From the NCBI RefSeq assembly GCF_009914755.1, contig NC_060935.1: a stretch of DNA of 64,000 nucleotides. One strand, written 5' to 3'. The DNA is from the human T2T-CHM13v2.0 reference genome, Homo sapiens. The notes under the pieces were generated by a model, which was not told where the DNA came from, searched no databases, and saw nothing but the letters and a program-made list of their open reading frames with translations. The translations under genes were made by a program, and so were the position numbers. Shown piece by piece: positions 17,700 to 31,750 of this stretch. Position 1 is the stretch's first letter; the number at the start of each line of letters is the position of its first letter.

Positions 17700-17880
17700 C
17701 TTCCTGCCCGCCTCCAGCCCGCCCCTAACAAGCTAGCGCATGCGCTGTAGGACTATTTGCGCGCCGGTCCCCCCGGTGAGCCTGCACACCGTGCTTCCGG
17801 CGCGGAGATGAACTTCCACATGCCCCGGCGCTTGTTGATGACGTAACTTCCGGTTGCTGTGCTGAGTCGGAAGTGGGAAC
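17700..17880 (+). promoter_or_regulatory. UBE4A: UBE4A CpG-rich promoter
   Basis: GC box 17718-17724; NRF1 palindrome AGCGCATGCGCT 17735-17746; ETS CTTCCGG 17794-17800; TGACGTAACTTCCGG 17839-17853; CGGAAGTG 17868-17875. Confidence 0.85.
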
Positions 17881-17933
17881 CCTTCGGCCGCTGAGATTCT
17901 GTCGTGTCGTCGCTGCTGGCACTTCAGGCTCTG
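17860..17933 (+). other. UBE4A: UBE4A non-coding exon 1 (start approximate)
   Basis: Strong donor CTG|GTAAGA at 17933/17934 just downstream of the promoter motifs. Confidence 0.75.
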
Positions 17934-19252
17934 GTAAGACAGGCAATAGCTTCAGGGGACGGGTCGTTGACTTTGCGTTGTGATATTTTCTGCTGGTCCA
18001 ATGCCACTTCAAGCCTGTTCACTCTTATCTTCTCCAAATTCCTTCTCCTATGCTTTGCTAACCAGGGACCTTCTCCTTCTTGAACTTCGACCCTGTCTGA
18101 TTTGGAACCCCTTACAGTGCCCCAGCTTCTGATGTCTCTTTGTACATTTCTGTCCCCATCTTTGCCAAGCCCCTCCTGGAAGAGGCCGGAGCGCTATCAT
18201 TGCATTATCTTTTGACTTAACTTTCTCTAGAACGTGCCCCGGGCGGGTGGATCTCCCTCCTTCCCGCGAATCCCTTATGGAGCATGGAAGGATAAAATAT
18301 AAAGAGTAGATAACAAATAGGCAGATGCCAAGAAGATAAGATTAATCGTGAGTCGTAAGCAAACCAGTTCAATGCATACGTCAGGGTGTTGATAATTCTT
18401 AAGGCAGGTGATGAGTTCACCACAGATAACTCTTGGGGCACTCTGCTTCATGTTTCCTTGGGTTTAGAAGACACTTCTAAAATTGAGTGACCATGCCTCA
18501 TGACCTTATATTTGATGAGCCTTCCTTTTAGGATCAGTTTTATGCCCTGACAGCAAGCATGTGTTTAGTCTCGCTGTCATTTACTGTTTTGGTCTCACGT
18601 GGAAGCCCACCTGCGATAAAATGGGATCCAAGAAGGACTGCTGTCTGCTTTTTGACTTGAGATCCTTCTAGGCTGCAGATAGATGTGTTGATGGAATTTG
18701 TTGCCACATTAGCATGGCCTGATAGTGTTAGGTGAAACATACGACAACGAAAATTGTTTCTTAATTTCTATTTTAAATTGATATTTTAATTTCTATTTTA
18801 TATTGATATATGTATTATTTGCCAGGACACAGACCTTATGGGAGTATGATTTGATAGAGCTTGATTTTGACGATCCCAGTTTTACAAAGTGTTCCAGATA
18901 TTTCTGTTGAAAAACAATACCAAGTCTGATGTTAACACACTTGTGTGTTCATGAGAGCTGACAGTGGTCTTAAAGGATTAGTGGTACTATTCATAAACAA
19001 AAGCTTGTATTAGGAGGAAGTGACAGAATTTTGTAGGACAGCTATTATAGATATAGATCTTTGCAGCAAGTGTATCAGAGTGAAACTTGTTTTCAAGGAG
19101 GATATATTTTAAAAGAATCAAATCCAAAAGCTTCTAAGGTTGGTAGCTGTACCATCCCAAAGTGTCTGACAACAGGATAGTGTTGTATCTCTGTATGGCA
19201 GTTGAAAATAGGAAAAAAAATACATACATATATGTATGTATATATGTGTGTG

Positions 19253-19266
<14 letters not shown>

Positions 19267-19283
<17 letters not shown>

Positions 19284-19575
19284 TGAGACAGAGTCTGGCT
19301 CTGTCACCCAGGCTCTGCTCTGGAGTGCAGTGGCACGATCTCAGCTCACGGCAACCTCCATCTCCCAGTTTAAAAGTGATTCTCCTGCCTCAGCCTCCCA
19401 AGTAGTGGGATTACAGCCTGGCTAAGGTGTGGTGGTATGCGCCTGTAATCGCTTTTAGTGGAGACGGGGTTTCACCACATTGGCCAGGCTGGTCTCAAAC
19501 TCCTGACTTCAAGTGATCTGTCTGCCTTGGCCTCCCAAAGTGCTGGGATTACAGGCATGACCTACTGCGCCCGGC
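19267..19575 (-). mobile_element. Alu with internal micro-inversion, preceded by (TA)(TG)n
   Basis: Antisense dimer; 19426-19450 is in sense orientation. Confidence 0.9.
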
Positions 19576-20377
19576 GCTGAAAATAGGAGATTATAAATCC
19601 CGAATGACATTATTGAATATTAAACAAAATATTTAGGTTTCATTTTATCGGACCTTTAGAGTGGGTGATTATCTGGGTACTCTTACTTTGGTAAGTCCAT
19701 TGAACAAATCTAAACTGGCATCTCCACAAAGGTTCTCATCAAGTGATCAGTCCTCCTTTTTCCTGTAAAATTTTTCTATAAGTGACTACACAGTTTTAGC
19801 CCTTTTTTAATGAAAAAAAGTTTGTGCACAGATTTGACATACGTGTGAAAAAGATGAGCTTAGTGAAAGATAGGTGAGAACCTTTTTGTTTTTTACAGAT
19901 AGTAGAGATGACAACAGAGACTTATTTCCATCCACCATTCTACACATGCCAAGATACCAAAGAACCAGTGTCTAGCCTGGTAGCTTGACCTTCCACTGCA
20001 ACCTAAGACAAGTAGTAAAGCCCTTACCTTGAAGTAGGGTCATGGGTGATGCTGTTGATTACAAGGAGTTCAGAAAGAACTACATGTAAGATTGAAGCCA
20101 TTCAATAACTACTTATTTAGGATTTTGTGATTGTGATGTATAATGCCAGACACAGAAGAAAGAATAATCAGATATGAACATGTAATCAGAAGAGCTTACA
20201 GCCTAGCAATGTAGAAGATCTGCTTAGAAATACAATGCAGAAAGTTTAAAATCCTAGTAAAAATAGAGGTAAAATGTAGAAAGCTAGTTTCTTTATACAG
20301 TGCAACAGTATAGTATTGAGAAAGAAGGAAGTAATGCAGTTTATGGTGATAAATTCTTTTTGTTTCTCTTGATAGTC

Positions 20378-20679
20378 TTTTTGTTTGTTTGTTTGTTTGA
20401 GACAGTTTCCCTCTGTTGCCCAGGCTGGAGTGCAGTGGCAACGATCTTGTCTCACTGCAACCTCCGCCTCCCAGGTTCAAGCAATTCTCCTGCCTCAGCC
20501 TCCTGAGTAGCTGAGATTCCAGGTGCACGCCACCATGCCTGGCTAATTTTTTGTGTGTTTTAAGTAGAGATGGGGTTTCTCCATGTTGGTCAGGCTGGTC
20601 TTGAACTCCTGACCTCATGATCTGCCCGCCTTGGCCTCTCAAAGTGCTGGGATCATAAGCATGAACCACTGTGCCCGGC
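20378..20679 (-). mobile_element. Alu
   Basis: TSD TTGATAGTCTT. Confidence 0.92.
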
Positions 20680-20774
20680 CTTCTTGATAGTCTTAAGAGC
20701 TTCTCTGTCATATGTCCTATATTCCTGGCTTTCAGCTTCCTTTCTGCTTACGTGTTGCAGGTGATGCATGTCCT

Positions 20775-21260
20775 TTGTAATAATCTGGACACTTTTCAGT
20801 TGTGTTTTAAAAAACATCAAACTGGTTTAGGCATTTAGGGAAATTTTATTGGTTTTTATAACTGAAAAGTCCAGACTTATCTTTCCATCTCTCAATTCTG
20901 TTTTCTAGTGTATGTTGGCTTGGTTTTAGGCTAGGCCTTTTCTAAATGGTGTAAAGATGGCAACTCTATCTTACTGGCTTATCAACTCAATCAGGAGAAA
21001 ACTCACTTTTCCGTAGATTCAGCTGAAGTCCTGAAGCTGGTATTCATTGACTCTGTTAGGCCTCCATAGTGTCTTGTGCCCACTCCTGGATCAGTTGCTT
21101 TGGCTGGAAAATGCTGTATTCTTTTTAGCCTGGCCAGACTTGTATGTTCATTCCTGGGGCTAGTGGGTGAGGTCAGCCCCTTCTGAACTGGTCAGCCTCT
21201 TCTGGATTGAGTGGAGTGGATACCCAAAGGAAAAAAATGAATGTGATGTTTTAGAGAGAG
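20775..21260. mobile_element. Old MaLR LTR (MLT1-like)
   Basis: aaactggtttaggc...ttttattggtttttataactgaaaagtccag resembles MLT1J/K ends. Confidence 0.45.
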
Positions 21261-21482
21261 AAATAACAAGAGCTCAATATACTTTTTGCATTCCTCTGGA
21301 ATTTGTGGTATTTTAGGATGGAAGTAGAATGGTGGTCAGCTAACAATAAGACAATTCTTGGTGTTTTTACATTAACTACAGGTAATAATTAAACTTGTGC
21401 GGTAATTACATGGGGAAAATCCCTCTCATTAATTTCAATACTAAATATGGTATCTTTCCCTTTTTTTGCATTATTAAGCTTA

Positions 21483-21713
<231 letters not shown>

Positions 21714-21863
21714 TCATTACAGCTAATTAGCCGTTAGCTCTTGTGTGGAAAAAATGGCAGAGGAGCATGAAGCAAGTGCTGAAGATGCCTCAGAATTGTC
21801 AAGAAATGTTATAAATAATCTCTTTCTCTGGTAAATAAGGGTAACTTTTTCGACCACATTAGC

Positions 21864-22175
21864 TTTTTTTTTTTTTTTTTTTTTTTTGAGACGAAGTCTC
21901 GCTCTGTCACCCAGGTTGAAGTGCAGTGGCACAATCTCAGCTCTCTGCAACCTCTGCCTCCCGAGTCCAAGCAATTCTCCTGCCTCAGCCTCCTGCCTCC
22001 CAAGTAGCTGGGATTACAGGCACCTGCCGCCATGCCTGGCTAATTTTCGTGTTTTAGTAGAGATGGGGTTTCACCATGTTGGCCAGGCTGGTCTTGAACT
22101 CCTGACCTCAGGTGATCCACCTGCCTCAGCCTCCCAGGGTGCTGGGATTGCAGGCATGAGCCACTGCACCTGGCC
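21864..22175 (-). mobile_element. Alu
   Basis: TSD CCACATTAGCTTTT. Confidence 0.92.
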
Positions 22176-23338
22176 CACATTAGCTTTTGTTGATATGATC
22201 CTGTGAGGAGTCTTGCCTCAATAAACCAAAGGTAGACCAAATGTTCTTTTTTTCTTCCTTTATACCCCTACTCCCGCTATTTCTAAGGTCTCTGTCCTTA
22301 TAGCAGTTCAAGATCCTTATGAACAAAACATTCATACCCTTTGTCTCTTCCCACCCTTTTCAGTGTTGTATTTAATATTTCTATGTCATGGCCTTAAAAT
22401 TTCAGAAAGGGGAGAAAGCCTTTCAGGGAGCCCTGTTTATTCTGTTGTGCCACTGAGTTCACTTGGTCTTGAATGAGGAAATGTAATCAGAAGAGTGTGA
22501 ATGCAGGCTCAGCCAGCTCTACTAAACACCTTTGAGGTATCTATATTTCATATTACACAGTAGACCTGACCGTTGGAATTCGTGTTTCTTCAGTATTATT
22601 TTAAGAAATCAGGTAAACAGTGAAGGTTAGATATAGCATGAAGCAAAGACCATTTAATTTTTAGTGGAAGAAATATCAGTATTTTTAAGCCTAGAAATAA
22701 ATAGATTGCTTAATCTATGTTAAAAACCCACAACATACAGCTGAACTGCTTCCAGTCCTGATTTGCCAGAGTCCAAATCTAAGATATGGGCTTTTACTTA
22801 ATTTATATGTAGCTGAGAAATATCCATCCCCAGCCCTAAGTCATAGAAGTCCCTTGTCCTCACCCCAGTGAATGAGAACTAGACTGCCAGCTTAATTCTT
22901 GGGAAATCCATAATTCTTGTCTTATTATTTTTCAGTGCCACATTGTTATTACAATTAGTAGGTGAGTTCTCTCTTTGACTTCAATAATTCTTTCTACTTA
23001 ACCTGTTTTCTTAAAGGTATTGCAAATAAAAGCATATCAACAGATTAATGCATTCCAGCTGAACGTTTTAGCCTTTTTAGTTTCAGCTATCCACAAATCA
23101 AGCCACCGAGTCCAGCTGGTAGGTTTGTAACCATTTTGCCAAAAATGTCTTGAGTTTGGGGACAGGAATTGGAAAATCTTAACCCAAAGTATTTTAAAAT
23201 GTATTGTATTTGAGAAATGGGAAAAGAAACAACCACAGGTATATTACAGCTATTGTGTCATCTGCCCTCTTGTGTCTAATACCTGTCCTTTGAACAGCCT
23301 CTCCCACTAGGTCTGGATGGAGGATACCTTAAAGTGAA

Positions 23339-23459
23339 ATGACAGACCAGGAGAATAACAACAACATCTCAAGTAACCCCTTTGCTGCTCTTTTTGGCTC
23401 CCTGGCTGATGCCAAACAGTTTGCGGCAATCCAAAAAGAGCAGCTGAAGCAACAATCTG
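23339..23459 (+). CDS. UBE4A: UBE4A exon 2 coding part (start codon)
   Basis: [40 protein letters not shown]; G|gtaagt; 121 nt. Confidence 0.95.
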
Positions 23460-25044
23460 GTAAGTGGAGGAGCCAATAGCAGCAAATAAGATGACCTAGA
23501 ATGGGGTCTTCCCAAATTAAGTATTCTTTGAGTCCTTAATTGCAATTGGAATTTAAGTTTGGAACAAAAGTTGGTTTTTGTTTGTTTGTTGAGAGCAGAA
23601 ATTGGGGTTTTTTGTTTGTTTGCTTTTATTGTTGGTTTTGTTGTGAGTCCCTCCCCTCCGCTGTCCTCTCCACTGTACAAAAAGAGACCAGGTAACAGGT
23701 GGTTCCATAGTAACAGATGCCAGTCGTGATCCCAAAGCTGTCAGGCTGTTTTCTTTAAAAGAAAAAAAAAATCACCTAGTAAAAGCTATTTAAATAAATG
23801 TTTTTAACATGGGACACAGAGGTGGTAAGTGTAGGTGTAGAAAGCAAGTCATGTGCAGCTATAGAAAGCAGATGTAAAAGGAAGAACTATAAAAGCTTTT
23901 TGACCTGTAGGCAAATGAGACTTGTTCTTAAGCTCAGCACTTCAAAGGCCCTCCCAAGCAAAGTGCTTCTTCTGTTCCGATGAGTGGCATCATTTGTAGC
24001 TTAGTCCTGTTAGGACAGACTTTTTTAAAAAATCTGATCCTTAGCCTTACTATGAAAAACATCAGAATAACATCTCAGTAATCAGAAAAAATGGTTTTCT
24101 TTCAGGCACCGAATTTAAGATCAAGTCCAGCTTCCTCCTATAAGGAGACATATACACTAGAAGAATTAGGATTTTTCTCAAATATGTTAGTCTTCTGAAG
24201 ATATTCACAATCTTTCAAACCAGAAATTGCTCCCCTTCTCCTCTCTCCGAAAAGAATAATAGTGTTTTTCTTTTGAGAGAAGGAGAAGTGTTTGCATTTT
24301 CCCTTTATTTTGTTTATTTAAAAAAAAAAAAAACACTCAGGTGCATAGCTGACTTTTGGCCTTTCAGTTAGAAAGGGCTGAAGAAAAAAGAGGTAAAGGC
24401 AAGACAGATAAGTGATTGATGCAAGGGAAAAACAAAATCAATGTTGATTTTTTTTAACATGGTATTTTCAGTCTCTGAAATCTCTCCCAGATTTCTATGA
24501 TACGGGGCCAGAATGGGAAACTCTGGTTTAGAAGATTGTAGGGGAAAAAGCAGAGTGAAAAATAGGAAAAATAAGGAATGAGAAAGTATGATTTATGAGT
24601 ATGTGGTTGAGGGAAATTTTGCTAAACAGATTCTTAGCTTCTGTCACCATTGGAGGTCAGAGAAAAACTCAACAGTATAGCAGCTGAGCAACAGAACGCT
24701 TGTCCTTCTGGCTATAAACAGACATAAATCTGGCTAGAGTTGGGAGCATTGCAGGCACATGCCCTTCTGTTACTATTTTGGCACCTCATCATCCTAGTTT
24801 GTTTACACTGAGTTTATCATGCCACCAGGTCCAACCTGTTTCCACTAGCAATTAGTACTTTGCCAAAACCTTTGGCTTCCTATGTTGAGCTTATACTCAC
24901 CACACTGAAACAACTCTTACTTTGAGAGTTTTACCTGGACTTTCAGAGTAGCCATTCTGTCAATAGAGAAAAGTACATATAGACTCATATGTGGCATATA
25001 GTGAATAACACTACTTTTATGTAGTCATTCAACATGAATGATGG

Positions 25045-25468
<424 letters not shown>

Positions 25469-25777
25469 TCAAAGGATGGGAGCAGATTTTGAGGACAGAA
25501 GTTTAAAAAAAAAAAAAATCGAAGGAATTTCATCAATAAGAAAAAAATAACAAGAAAGAATAAAAAGGTACAAAAGATGTGACATGCAACTTATAACCAA
25601 ATGATTAAAAAATTTATTCTCATCAATCATTAGAGAAGTGCCAATTAAAACAACCATTAAATCGTTTTTTTACCTATGAAATTTGTGAAGATTCAAACAG
25701 GCACTCTCTCATATACTGTTGGGTTTGCATGTAAATCAGACAGTCTCTTTGAGGGTAACTTGGTAGTAAATGTTAAC

Positions 25778-26054
25778 TTTTTTTTTTTTTTTTTTTGAGA
25801 CGAAGTCTTGCTCTGTCACCGAGGCTGGAGTGCAGTGCAACCTCTGCCTCCCGGGTTTAAGCAATTCTCCTGCCTCAGCCTCCCGAGTAGCTGGGACTAC
25901 AGGTGTGTGCCACCACGCCTGGCTAATTTTTTGTATTAGTAGGGATGGGGTTTCACCATGTTAGCCAGGATGGTCTCAATCTCCTGACCTCGTGATCCGC
26001 CTGCCTCAGCCTCCCAAAGTGCTGGGATTACAGGTGTGAGCCACCGTGCCAGGC
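25778..26054 (-). mobile_element. Alu inside old L1 sequence
   Basis: TSD AGTAAATGTTAACTTTT. Confidence 0.92.
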
Positions 26055-26888
26055 AGTAAATGTTAACTTTTTAAATGTTCAAGCTCTTTGATCCAGCAGT
26101 TCTGCTACTGTGAATTTATCCTATAGAAATACTCATACAAGTAAACAAAAAGAGTTAAGTTGTATTGTATTCAGTGCAGTATTTAAAATCATGAAATATT
26201 AGAAACAACCCTATTGTTCATCAGTTGAAAAGTAGCTACATAAACCACAGGGCATGCAAAAGATGTGATACAATACAGCTATTAAAAATAGTGAGGTAGG
26301 CCTCTAAATGGCCTAACAGGGAAAGGTGTTGGTGCTGATTAAAAGGCAAGCTGAAAAGAGCTATGTATAGTATCCCATTTTTTAAAAAAATTAAAAAGAT
26401 AGTAATGAATATTAGCACCAGAAAAGAAAAAAATTCTTGAACACTGTTAAGTGTCTTTAGGGAATTGGTTCAGGAGACTTTCTATACTATATTTTTCTGT
26501 ACAGTTAAGAACTATTAAAACAAATGTTATCTCTTAAAATCAGGGAGAAAAGCCATACATTTAAAATAATTAAAGGCATTTTGATCTATTAGGTAATTCT
26601 TTGTTCACTAGGATTCTGTAGAGAAGATAACTTTGCTATTTCTGGCAGTGTGGAGTATAATTATGGATAGAAATAAAACTTTTGCTTTGTAAAATGTGGT
26701 AGGATTTATAGCCAGGAATTTCAAAACCCTATATTTAACTTCCCTGACTTGAGATGTTCACTAATTAGATGATTAGCTTGTTTTACATCTGAAATTATCA
26801 TCTTCTTGGTTACATTTATTATTTTTGGTAGCATGCTTGGTTCTCTCTTAAAGGGGTGTAACATTTAACAGTATACATTTTCTGGCAG

Positions 26889-27062
26889 ATGAACTCCCAG
26901 CTAGCCCAGATGACTCGGATAATAGCGTGTCAGAGAGCCTGGATGAATTCGATTACTCTGTGGCTGAGATTAGCCGCTCATTCCGATCACAGCAGGAAAT
27001 ATGTGAGCAACTCAACATCAATCACATGATCCAAAGGATCTTCCTTATTACTCTGGACAACA
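26889..27062 (+). CDS. UBE4A: UBE4A exon 3
   Basis: (D)[20 protein letters not shown]...LITLDN; 174 nt; phase consistent. Confidence 0.95.
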
Positions 27063-27680
27063 GTGAGTTACAAACTTATAGCATTATTCTACCCTTCCTA
27101 TTTGAGCTTGGGCTAGGGGCTTGCTCTTTGAAACTGGTTACAGCTAATGGTTAGATACAAACCTACTCACTGCACTCCCTGGAACTCAGGGTTTATATTT
27201 CAGTGAACCTTTTGGTATGACCTAAAAACAGTATTTAGATGCAGATCTAACTTTTGTTCCCATTTCAATACTGACTGCACTATATAGCTACTTGCCTTTA
27301 CTACCTTAAAAAGGAAATGGGAAGGGTAGCCAAACCCATTTTCTTCTCAGAGGTAACCTAAATATTCAGATGGAAGCCTTCAGAGGCATCAGAGAGTGTT
27401 TGCCCTCTGTGCCCTGTCTGTGTTTAAACCCCAAGGTTGGTACTAATGTCTGGGATTTACTCTTTAAATGTCATGATGCTAGGTTTATAACAAATCCCAT
27501 TCTCTGTGACTAGAGGGGGAAAAAAAAAGATTTGAATCTTTAGATGTTGCTTTGTGTATCAGGATCATTCTGGTATTACTTGAGTCAGATTTGCAGTTCA
27601 AGAGTGATGCTGTCAAGATCAGTTGTCTGTATAAAACAGAAGCATTATCCTTAACCTATCATATTAAAACCATTTCCCAG

Positions 27681-27793
27681 GTGATCCCAGCTTGAAAAGC
27701 GGGAATGGCATCCCTAGCCGTTGTGTGTATTTGGAAGAAATGGCAGTAGAGCTAGAAGATCAAGACTGGCTTGATATGAGCAATGTTGAGCAG
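27681..27793 (+). CDS. UBE4A: UBE4A exon 4
   Basis: (S)[20 protein letters not shown]...NVEQ; 113 nt. Confidence 0.95.
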
Positions 27794-28068
27794 GTAATAT
27801 TCTTACGTTCCTAATGTGTGCCCTTAGCAAAAATTAGCTATGCGGCTGAATTCTGCTCACTGTTCTCCAACTTATGCTTGTGTCCATATGTCCATCCCTC
27901 TCTCTTTTTTTTTTTTTTTTTTTACCAGTAGAAGGCCAAGTAACCTGGATGTGCATCTCTAACATTGTGGTGTTCCTCTTTTGGAATCTTTTCATCTACC
28001 ATGGCCACATGCCCAAATCTACCCATCCTCTAAGAACCAGTTAAAATGCCTTCTTAATTACAAAGCCT

Positions 28069-28414
<346 letters not shown>

Positions 28415-28559
28415 CTAGAATAATCAGCCTCTGAATCTCTTGTGGGAATTGTCACTTTCTGTCTCATGTTGCGGCTTTCTTATGTACCTGTCTTATCTCC
28501 CCTATTAGACTTAAGTTCTTAAGGGCAAGGCCCATCGCTTTTTCTTCTTTATATCCTTT

Positions 28560-29310
28560 CTATCTTAGTCTGTTTTGTGTTGCTATAAAAGAATACCTGT
28601 GACTAGGCACAGTGGCTCACATCTGTAATCCCAGCACTTTGGGAGGCCAAGTTGGGAGGATCTCCAGGCCAGGAGTTACCAGCCCTGGCAACATAACAAG
28701 ACCATGTTTCTACAAAAAATACAAAGAATTAACTGGGTGTGATGGCATGTACCTGAAGTCCTAGCTACTCAGGAGGCTGAGGTGGGAGGATTGCTTGAGC
28801 CTGGGAGGCAGAGGCTGCAGTGAGCCATAGTCACACGACTGCACTCCAGCCTGGGCGACAGAGCAAGAAAGACCCATCTAAAAAAAAAAAAAAGAACACC
28901 CAAGCAGTAATTTATAAAGAAAAGTTTATTTAGCTCACAGTTCTGCAGGCTGAGAAGATTCAGGGTATGTCCTTGGCCTCTGGTGAGGGCTTTTGTGCTG
29001 CCTCACAATGTGGTGGAGGAAGTCACCAAAGGACACATACCATGAGGACGCATGCAAAGAGGAGAAAACCTGAGAGGTGTCCTGGCTTAATAAGAACCCG
29101 CTCTGGAGGGAATTTGTCCATTCCTATGAGAATTAATCCAGTCTTGTGAGAGCAAGAACTCATTCAGCACCTTGAGAAAAGCACCAAGCAATTCAGGAGG
29201 GATCCGCCTCCATACCCAGACACCTCCCACTAGCCCCACCTCCAACAGTGCCACATGGAGATCAAATTTCAACATGAATTTTGTTGGAGACAAACATATA
29301 AACCACAGCA
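28560..29310. mobile_element. MST-family MaLR solo LTR interrupted by an Alu (28601-28892, + strand)
   Basis: tatcttagtctgttttgtgttgctataaaagaatacctg...gctcacagttctgcaggctg...tttcaacatga...aaccacagca. Confidence 0.8.
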
Positions 29311-29770
29311 CTTTAAAAATCAAAACAGTGCGTTGTACCTTGCAGGTGCCTGAGTAACATTAAAAGAATAAAAGTTTGGTAGGAAAGACAGTTGACAGCT
29401 TGCAGTTTAACTTCACATTTGGAGTATCTTTATATAAGTCTGAATGAGATCAGCAATCACACAGAATAGTAGATTTCACATCTAAGTTTAATCACTGATC
29501 TCAGCACCATTCAACAAATAGTCTTTTAATGCCTACTCTATGCTGGGGCTATACTAGACACTTGAGGCTTGATTTAGGATAACTTTATATATGCCATAAT
29601 TTTCTAAAATTTTCTAAAGTAAAAATATACAGGGCCCTTTTTTTCTCCTTCACTCTACATTCAAATCTGTGATTCTTGCTAATAACCTGTGTCAGAATTA
29701 CCTTTTACATCTTAATGTTCTCAGATTAATTTTGCAATAGTTTAGTATTTTTGTTTGGTTTTCTTTATAG

Positions 29771-29923
29771 GCCCTCTTCGCTCGCTTATTACTTCAAGAT
29801 CCAGGCAACCACTTAATTAACATGACTTCTTCTACAACGCTAAATCTCTCTGCTGATCGAGATGCAGGAGAGAGGCACATTTTTTGTTACCTTTACTCCT
29901 GCTTCCAGAGAGCCAAGGAAGAG
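29771..29923 (+). CDS. UBE4A: UBE4A exon 5
   Basis: [14 protein letters not shown]...FQRAKEE; 153 nt. Confidence 0.95.
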
Positions 29924-30212
29924 GTAAAGGAATAATCCCCATTGAATACTGTATTGTCCTCTTGGGTATGACTTCAGCATGTGGGCCAGAGTTGGATCAG
30001 TCTTTATTTCAATTTATATATGTCATAGTATGTCTAGAAGTGAATATCAGGGACACTAAAGCTTTTATATCAATTTATATATGTCATAGTATGTTTAGAA
30101 CACTGGATATCAGATGCACTAAAGCTTTAGTCTCCTTTCCGTATCTTGGGGTCCACCCTTCTCCCCAGTTAACCAATGCCTCCTATTCTCTCTAAAACCT
30201 CTTTAGAAATCA

Positions 30213-30522
<310 letters not shown>

Positions 30523-30763
30523 AAGGGCTCATGAATTCATTTCCACTGAGATGTAAATATTAGAGTAGGCTAAGCCGGATATTTCCAGGTTTGGAATTTT
30601 AAATAGGCAGATAGATGATTCCTTAAGCCAAGGAAGGAATCTCTAATTAATTTTCAAGCATCCACAGGAGACCAGTATGTCTCTTCTATTGTATTCACTA
30701 TGTCTACTTTCGTTCCAGATTACAGAGTTAGACTATTCCCTCTTTTCTTCATGCTGTTTGCAG

Positions 30764-30923
30764 ATTACCAAAGTTCCAGAGAACCTGCTACCCTTTGCAG
30801 TGCAGTGCAGAAACCTCACTGTGTCCAATACCCGAACAGTTCTTCTCACCCCAGAGATCTATGTTGACCAAAACATCCATGAGCAACTGGTAGATTTGAT
30901 GTTAGAAGCCATCCAGGGAGCCC
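30764..30923 (+). CDS. UBE4A: UBE4A exon 6 (alternative in-frame donor extends it to 30944)
   Basis: [18 protein letters not shown]...EAIQGA; donors C|gtgagt (30924) and T|gtaagc (30945). Confidence 0.93.
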
Positions 30924-31082
30924 GTGAGTACATGAACAAGATCTGTAAGCTTCTACATTTTGATTTTCAGATTTAAAATTTCACTAATTGCATTAGAAAG
31001 TCTCAGAGCCATTATGGTTCTGGTATAAATTAAGGAGGAGGGCTCACATCTTGATCTTTGAGGTTGAGTACCAATAGAATAA

Positions 31083-31258
31083 AGCTGGGCATGGTAGCAC
31101 ACCCCTGTAGTCCCATCTACTCTGGAGGCTGAGGCAGAAGGATCCCTTGAGCCCAGGAGTTTGAGGCTGTAGTGTGCTATAATCACACCTGTGAATAGCC
31201 ACTACACTCCAGGCTGAGCAAAAAAACAAGACCCCCAGCTCTAAAAAAAAAAAAAAAA
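31083..31258 (+). mobile_element. Alu monomer (FAM/FRAM-like)
   Basis: Single arm with cctgtgaatagccact and A tail. Confidence 0.85.
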
Positions 31259-31342
31259 GAATTATTGAAAGTAAAGAGCTAGTGTGTAAAGGCATATAAA
31301 AATTCTTGTGCCCTCCTTTCTCTCTCATTTGTCTTCTGTTAG

Positions 31343-31545
31343 ATTTTGAAGATGTAACTGAGTTTCTGGAAGAGGTCATTGAAGCCTTGATATTGGATGA
31401 GGAAGTTAGAACATTTCCAGAAGTCATGATTCCAGTGTTTGATATTTTATTGGGCCGAATAAAAGATCTAGAGCTCTGTCAGATCCTTTTGTATGCATAT
31501 CTGGATATTCTTCTCTATTTCACTAGGCAAAAAGATATGGCAAAG
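31343..31545 (+). CDS. UBE4A: UBE4A exon 7
   Basis: [15 protein letters not shown]...QKDMAK; 203 nt. Confidence 0.95.
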
Positions 31546-31750
31546 GTAGGTCTGAAAGATGATATGTATTCAGTTGAGCTAGATGTGTAATACATGATGC
31601 TTCCCTATCCTGAAGACACTATAATACTACCTATAAAATAAGAAAAAGATAGCTTGGTTGTTGTATCAACTTAACTGTTTTGAGGCCCTCCCACCCCATC
31701 ACCTTATCTCACCATGAAGATGAATAAGCAGAACTTGTCTTCTCTTACAG

